NCBI GenBank assembly: GCA_037444405.1
Contig: JBBIML010000014.1
Location: forward strand, 45,689-109,688
Length of the DNA: 64,000 bases
From: Armatimonadota bacterium
Lineage (GTDB): Bacteria > Armatimonadota > Fimbriimonadia > Fimbriimonadales > GBS-DC
Direction of reading: 5' to 3'
In this document: positions 59,904 to 64,000 of the stretch, in pieces
Layout: every line of letters starts with the position of its first letter
How positions within the stretch are numbered: position 1 is the stretch's first letter
Notes under the pieces: generated by a model
What the model was told of the DNA's origin: nothing
Seen by the model: the letters and a program-made list of their open reading frames with translations, nothing else
Database searches by the model: none
Made by a program: the position numbers and the translations under genes

Positions 59904-60959
59904 CTAATACTCAGTACCGAACCACTGCAGTACCATGAGGAGATCCGCGTCGTCGACTATACCGTCGTCGTTAACATCCGCAAGTGATTCGCGACCATCG
60001 TTGCCCCATTCTGCGAACACACTTAACAGATCTCCATCGTCCACGCTATAGCTCCCGTCGATATCAGCTCGCACTGCTTCCAGCGGTATCGGTATCGTGT
60101 GGCGGTAGGCGATTAAACCTACGCCTAACGATGTGCCGGAACCACCACCTGCCGTTACAGTGCATGCCATAATACATCTGGGCTCCAAAGGACAAACCAC
60201 GGCTACTGCGCTGCTATTAGCATCGGAAAAATCCCGCCATTCCAGAAGGTATCTTCCAGCTGGCAGATACAGTTCACGCATGGTGTCCCGCCGACCAGGC
60301 TCGGTTGTGGAAAGGGACTCTGCAAAGATAATATTCCCTGCGGAGTCGGTGATGAATACCCAGTAACCTGCGCCTGACACATAAAAACTATAGTAGGGTT
60401 CGCAGAAAGGCCCGCCACATTCACCGCTTGCACCACCGCCGCTGCTCACTGTATGAAACCAGCTGAGTCGCACAACCACAGGGCCAGTCTCAGGCATTAT
60501 AAAAGGCAGTCGCCCCCCTGCCCCATGGTCACCATCTGAATCCGTATGCTGAAGAGCAAAACCACACTCATCATCGTTGTTGACTGCTGCAACTGCTATG
60601 GCTCCAGTTGCTCCATAGGCATAGACATGTATCCACGCCTTATTACCTTTTGCCACAGAGATAGCGCCGCTCGTCGCCTCCACATGACTCCACCCCCAAC
60701 CACCACCCAGGGTTGGTGGCCGCTCTTCCCAGCTGTCCTGATCCACGCAGTTGGCCGCAGCGGTTGCTCCACAGACAGTTTCACTCGTTATTGGGCGCTC
60801 GATTGCTTGCCTGTCTTCACAGCGGAGAGCTCTCGCCACGGCATCAACGAAAACGCTTTCCCCAACCGGGAAGCGGAAGCCGGGTTGTCCGCTGGATATG
60901 CTGTATCCAACAAAGAGCGACACCACAAAGAATCGCTGCATCGTTGTGCAGGTTCGCAT
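59904..60959 (-). CDS. Exported Cys-rich hypothetical protein with a divergent dockerin-like tail
   Basis: Signal-like N-terminus; tail ADIDGSYSVDDGDLLSVFAEWG...ADVNDDGIVDDADLLMVLQWFG; SD GGAGGTG; visibly AT-richer DNA. Confidence 0.78.
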   Translation of the reverse strand: MRTCTTMQRFFVVSLFVGYSISSGQPGFRFPVGESVFVDAVARALRCEDRQAIERPITSETVCGATAAANCVDQDSWEERPPTLGGGWGWSHVEATSGAISVAKGNKAWIHVYAYGATGAIAVAAVNNDDECGFALQHTDSDGDHGAGGRLPFIMPETGPVVVRLSWFHTVSSGGGASGECGGPFCEPYYSFYVSGAGYWVFITDSAGNIIFAESLSTTEPGRRDTMRELYLPAGRYLLEWRDFSDANSSAVAVVCPLEPRCIMACTVTAGGGSGTSLGVGLIAYRHTIPIPLEAVRADIDGSYSVDDGDLLSVFAEWGNDGRESLADVNDDGIVDDADLLMVLQWFGTEY

Positions 60960-61073
60960 TGTTCTTCACCTCCACTTGAGATTGAAATGGCAATGCAGCG
61001 ACTACGCTGCATGAACCCATAAATCACTGCTGCGTGAGGGTGATACCCTCCGCATCACCTGCCCTCCTATTAA

Positions 61074-61997
61074 TTAAGCCTGTCTGGGGACATCACGGGT
61101 CATTCGCGGGTCATTCGCATAGCGCAGGGTCTGACAAACCCTCTTTATCCAGTTATAGTCAATCCCGCACTGGCTGGTGACATAGTTGAAGTCCATGTCA
61201 AACTGCCACATGTTCGTGTTATCGGAGTTAACAGGTCTACAGGTTTCATGCAAATGGGTCAGTTTGACATGCCCATCGGCGAAAATGATATTGAAGCGCT
61301 TGTCCGTGCCGCGATGGCGCGCCCCCCAGTTACTGTAGGGGCTGTCTCCCCACCTGTAGGGGCAGGTCGGGCAGAGATAGAACATCCAGGGACCGTAGTC
61401 CGGATAGACATCCTTGTTCTCGCCAACCAGAATTGCGGTTGAGGGATATGTGATGGCTGTGAGGCGGTAGTTTATGCCCTTTTGCCAAGCCGCAGTGCCT
61501 TCTGGAAAAGAGGACTTGAAGAAAGCATGGTAGTAAAAGTACCCTCGCCTGAAAGAAGGCGGAATGCGTCGATTCTGCAGGCATACATCGACACCCGGCG
61601 CCTCATCGGGGTCAGCCGATGCCTGATCACGAGCTCGCGATAGAGGATTGGTAGGGCAGATGAAAACATCTGCGTTTTTCAGGTAAGGATAAACCATGTG
61701 TTTCCACTCGAAGCATGGATTTTCCTGATACCCCTCGCGGCATGGGTCTGGATGGGGATAGAACAGATATGTCTCGCGTCTTAGAGGAAGCCCATCATCG
61801 TGGTCGCTGGCGTAGCTGAGGAGTGCGATGCCGAGCTGCCTCATATTGCTGGCGCACTGGGTCAATCGTGCCGATTCGCGCGCCTGTGCAAACACGGGGA
61901 ACAGAATCGCCGCCAGAATGGCGATAATCGCTATCACGACCAGCAGTTCGATGAGTGTGAATCCCGCAATCTTCGGTTGCACTTTTTGGAGTTTCAT
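61074..61997 (-). CDS. DUF1559 prepilin-type N-terminal cleavage/methylation protein with H-X9-DG-type motif
   Basis: [46 protein letters not shown]...[10 protein letters not shown]. Confidence 0.93.
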   Translation of the reverse strand: MKLQKVQPKIAGFTLIELLVVIAIIAILAAILFPVFAQARESARLTQCASNMRQLGIALLSYASDHDDGLPLRRETYLFYPHPDPCREGYQENPCFEWKHMVYPYLKNADVFICPTNPLSRARDQASADPDEAPGVDVCLQNRRIPPSFRRGYFYYHAFFKSSFPEGTAAWQKGINYRLTAITYPSTAILVGENKDVYPDYGPWMFYLCPTCPYRWGDSPYSNWGARHRGTDKRFNIIFADGHVKLTHLHETCRPVNSDNTNMWQFDMDFNYVTSQCGIDYNWIKRVCQTLRYANDPRMTRDVPRQA

Positions 61998-62009
61998 GAC
62001 TCAGACCTC

Positions 62010-62243
62010 CTATTGTGGATTGGATGGTGTGGGCTGTGATGGTTGCGCGGGCGATAAAAGCTCTTCAAGAGGTGGAGAGCCTGGAGGCGGCTCGCCCGGA
62101 CGCACAGGGGGGCCTGCGCCCGCCTCCTTCGCGCTTATCTCGCCCGAAGGCGTGCGGAAAAAGAAGTAGTAGATGGCGATGACGAGAACAACCGCCACCA
62201 CAATAATGCCCCATGCAATCTTGGGATCGATCTCGGTTTTCAT
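62010..62243 (-). CDS. Small single-TM protein with Pro-rich tail
   Basis: MKTEIDPKIAWGIIVVAVVLVIAIYYFFF, then a P-rich segment; overlaps the LacI stop; SD GGAGG. Confidence 0.75.
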   Translation of the reverse strand: MKTEIDPKIAWGIIVVAVVLVIAIYYFFFRTPSGEISAKEAGAGPPVRPGEPPPGSPPLEELLSPAQPSQPTPSNPQ

Positions 62244-63265
62244 GGTTGTGCCTCCCTGAAAGCGCCGCAAGAGGCGCGGATGTCGAGGCTGGGCGTGTAG
62301 AGGCGCGGCTCCACCCGCTCGCCCCGAATCAGCTGCACCAGCAGGGTCAGCGCGTCGGCTGCCATCTGATAGATGGGCTGGCGGATGCTGGTCAGCGGCG
62401 GATGAGTGTGTTCACAGATGGGCGTCGAGTCGAAGCCGACAATCGCGATATCGTCGGGCACCTTCAGCCCCAGCTCGTTGCAGAGGCTCAGCGCCCGAAA
62501 CGCCACCTCGTCGCTCCATGCGAAGAGGGCGGTCGGGCGATTGGGGCTGCAGAGCAGCTCGCGCAGGGGCGTCAGATCCGCGCCGCCGTGATGGAGAGGA
62601 ATGATGTAGTCCTCGCGGATGCGCAGACCGTGTTCCGCCATCGTCTGGCGATAGCCCTGCAGGCGGTCGCGGGCGCTGCAGGCGCGCGGCGAGCCAGCCA
62701 GATGGGCAATCCGCCGATGTCCCAGTTGAATCAGATGCTCCACCGCCATGCGTGCGCCCGCCACATTATCGCAATCGACCCAGCACACATCGTCGCGGTG
62801 GCTGCGCGTGAAGAACAGCACCATTGGGAAGCCCCGCTCCGTTAGCAGGTCAATCAGCGGGTCTTCGTAATCGCGCAGGAGGAGTGCGCCGTCCACGCGT
62901 CCGTCCATCAGCACCGACGCCTCCGCCGACGGCTGGGCGCGCGTGTGCATGAGGATATCGTAGCCCAGCTCGATGGCTTTGTCCGACACGCCGTGCATCA
63001 GCTCGTTGGTGAAGCCGGACCAGCCCTGAAAGATGGCGGGGAACTGCAGCACGACGGCAATCGTGTCGGTGCGCTGGCGCACCAGTGCGCGCGCGACGGC
63101 GTTCGGGTAGTAGCCCAGTTCCTGCACCGCTGCCAGCACGCGCTGGCGCGTCGCCTCGCTGATGGGTACCGCGGTCGGACGGTTGTTCAGAATGTTCGAG
63201 ACCGTCACCTTAGAGATGCCCGCTCGCCTTGCCACATCCGCCAGCGTCACTCTGCGCCGATTCAT
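62240..63265 (-). CDS. LacI family transcriptional regulator
   Basis: VTLADVARRAGISKVTVSNILN, LGYYPN..AR.L, LGHRRIA, PTALF..SD, VPDDIAIVGFD, PPLTSIRQP. Confidence 0.96.
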   Translation of the reverse strand: MNRRRVTLADVARRAGISKVTVSNILNNRPTAVPISEATRQRVLAAVQELGYYPNAVARALVRQRTDTIAVVLQFPAIFQGWSGFTNELMHGVSDKAIELGYDILMHTRAQPSAEASVLMDGRVDGALLLRDYEDPLIDLLTERGFPMVLFFTRSHRDDVCWVDCDNVAGARMAVEHLIQLGHRRIAHLAGSPRACSARDRLQGYRQTMAEHGLRIREDYIIPLHHGGADLTPLRELLCSPNRPTALFAWSDEVAFRALSLCNELGLKVPDDIAIVGFDSTPICEHTHPPLTSIRQPIYQMAADALTLLVQLIRGERVEPRLYTPSLDIRASCGAFREAQP

Positions 63266-63288
63266 CTCTACGCAACCTCCCTCTGGAT

Positions 63289-63314
63289 GGGGAGCCTCCT
63301 TCAGGAGGCTCCCC
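63289..63314. other. Intergenic stem-loop upstream of the LacI gene
   Basis: ggggagcctcc-ttca-ggaggctcccc. Confidence 0.55.
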
Positions 63315-63334
63315 GCTGGGGGTATGGTTGGGTG

Positions 63335-64000
63335 TTATCCACCCGCTCCGAAGTTGAACAGCACGATCAGCAGGTCCGCGTCGTCGACCACACCATCCAG
63401 GTTCACATCGCCGACGCCCGAACCCAGCACGGTGCGCCCGTTGAGCTTGATGTTGCACCACTGGGCGGTGCCGCCCGCCGTGTTGCCCTGATTGATGCCG
63501 TTGATCTGAAGGTAGCCGCCGATGGAGAAGTAGCGCAGACCGTGCGGACCGCCGTTGTAGGTGCTGCCCGAGTCGCCGGGGCTGAGCCAGCCGCTGGTGT
63601 AGGTCAGGTTGTTGTAGCGCACCTCGTATTGCACCTTCTTCTGGGCGCCGTCATAGCGGAAGATGAGCGTGATGTCGCCGCCCTGATAGCGGGCGCCGCC
63701 ACCGTTCCAGAAGGGCAGGCGTCCACCGAAGGCAGCAATCTCGCCGCCTGCACCGCCCGCCGACTCGTTGGCGACCATCAGCACGCCGTCTGCCCACCAG
63801 TTGCCCTGATCGTTCACCTCGCGCGGAAAGCGCGGGAAGGGACGCTCCAGCACGAACAGCCCCGCCTCCACGGTACGGTTCGCCTGCATCACCGGGGTCA
63901 GATTGAAGGTAACTTCCAGCTCCAGCGTGCTGCCAGTCGTGTCGGGGTCAAACCAGGTGGGACCAATCCCGTCCGTCGTGATGAACCACACATGGCGGTT
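63335..64000 (-). CDS. Exported beta-sandwich protein with a single dockerin-like repeat; 5' end lies outside the window
   Basis: Frame is open to the window edge; ends GDVNLDGVVDDADLLIVLFNFGAGG. Confidence 0.82.
   Translation of the reverse strand, partial: NRHVWFITTDGIGPTWFDPDTTGSTLELEVTFNLTPVMQANRTVEAGLFVLERPFPRFPREVNDQGNWWADGVLMVANESAGGAGGEIAAFGGRLPFWNGGGARYQGGDITLIFRYDGAQKKVQYEVRYNNLTYTSGWLSPGDSGSTYNGGPHGLRYFSIGGYLQINGINQGNTAGGTAQWCNIKLNGRTVLGSGVGDVNLDGVVDDADLLIVLFNFGAGG

Noticed and set aside
60993..61012. Hairpin atgcagcg-acta-cgctgcat between DUF1559 and the downstream gene, as a riboswitch or attC-like site
   Set aside because: A simple 8-bp stem with no aptamer or attC consensus features.

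Overview
GC-rich bacterial chromosome segment. By inference it is most likely Armatimonadota: it combines PEP-CTERM proteins, DUF1559 prepilin-like proteins, many 'DDADLLxVLFxFG' dockerin-like tails, Terrabacteria-like rel-dtd and kinase-rpe synteny, and outer-membrane barrels. Most of it is housekeeping: dut, lon, acnA, nagA, rpsA, coaE, glnB, folD, rel, dtd, rpe, ribD, smpB, rpmH-rnpA-yidD-yidC-jag, tRNA-Pro(GGG), tRNA-Arg(UCG) and nadE. The main novelty candidate is a ~16 kb operon (19790-35636). It encodes three large exported proteins with unrelated N-termini that share a ~430-460 aa C-terminal module ending in an FlgD-Ig-like domain and a '...AR-A-x4-(L/I/V)TR-stop' tail. Interleaved with them are two CsgG/FlgT-fold proteins and an Ig + LptD-like outer-membrane barrel. 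This looks like a CTD-directed secretion or surface-display system with T9SS-like cargo but no recognisable T9SS machinery in the window. Other points of interest: a second recurring C-terminal tag (dockerin-like, 4 proteins), a PASTA pseudokinase, a LacI/DUF1559/glycoamylase locus with an AT-richer cassette, three small gene stubs (ECF sigma, MNT-HEPN, AAA ATPase), two single-base frameshifts, and several apparently leaderless promoters. No CRISPR array, rRNA, integrase or transposase was seen. All family calls come from motif recognition by eye, not database searches.
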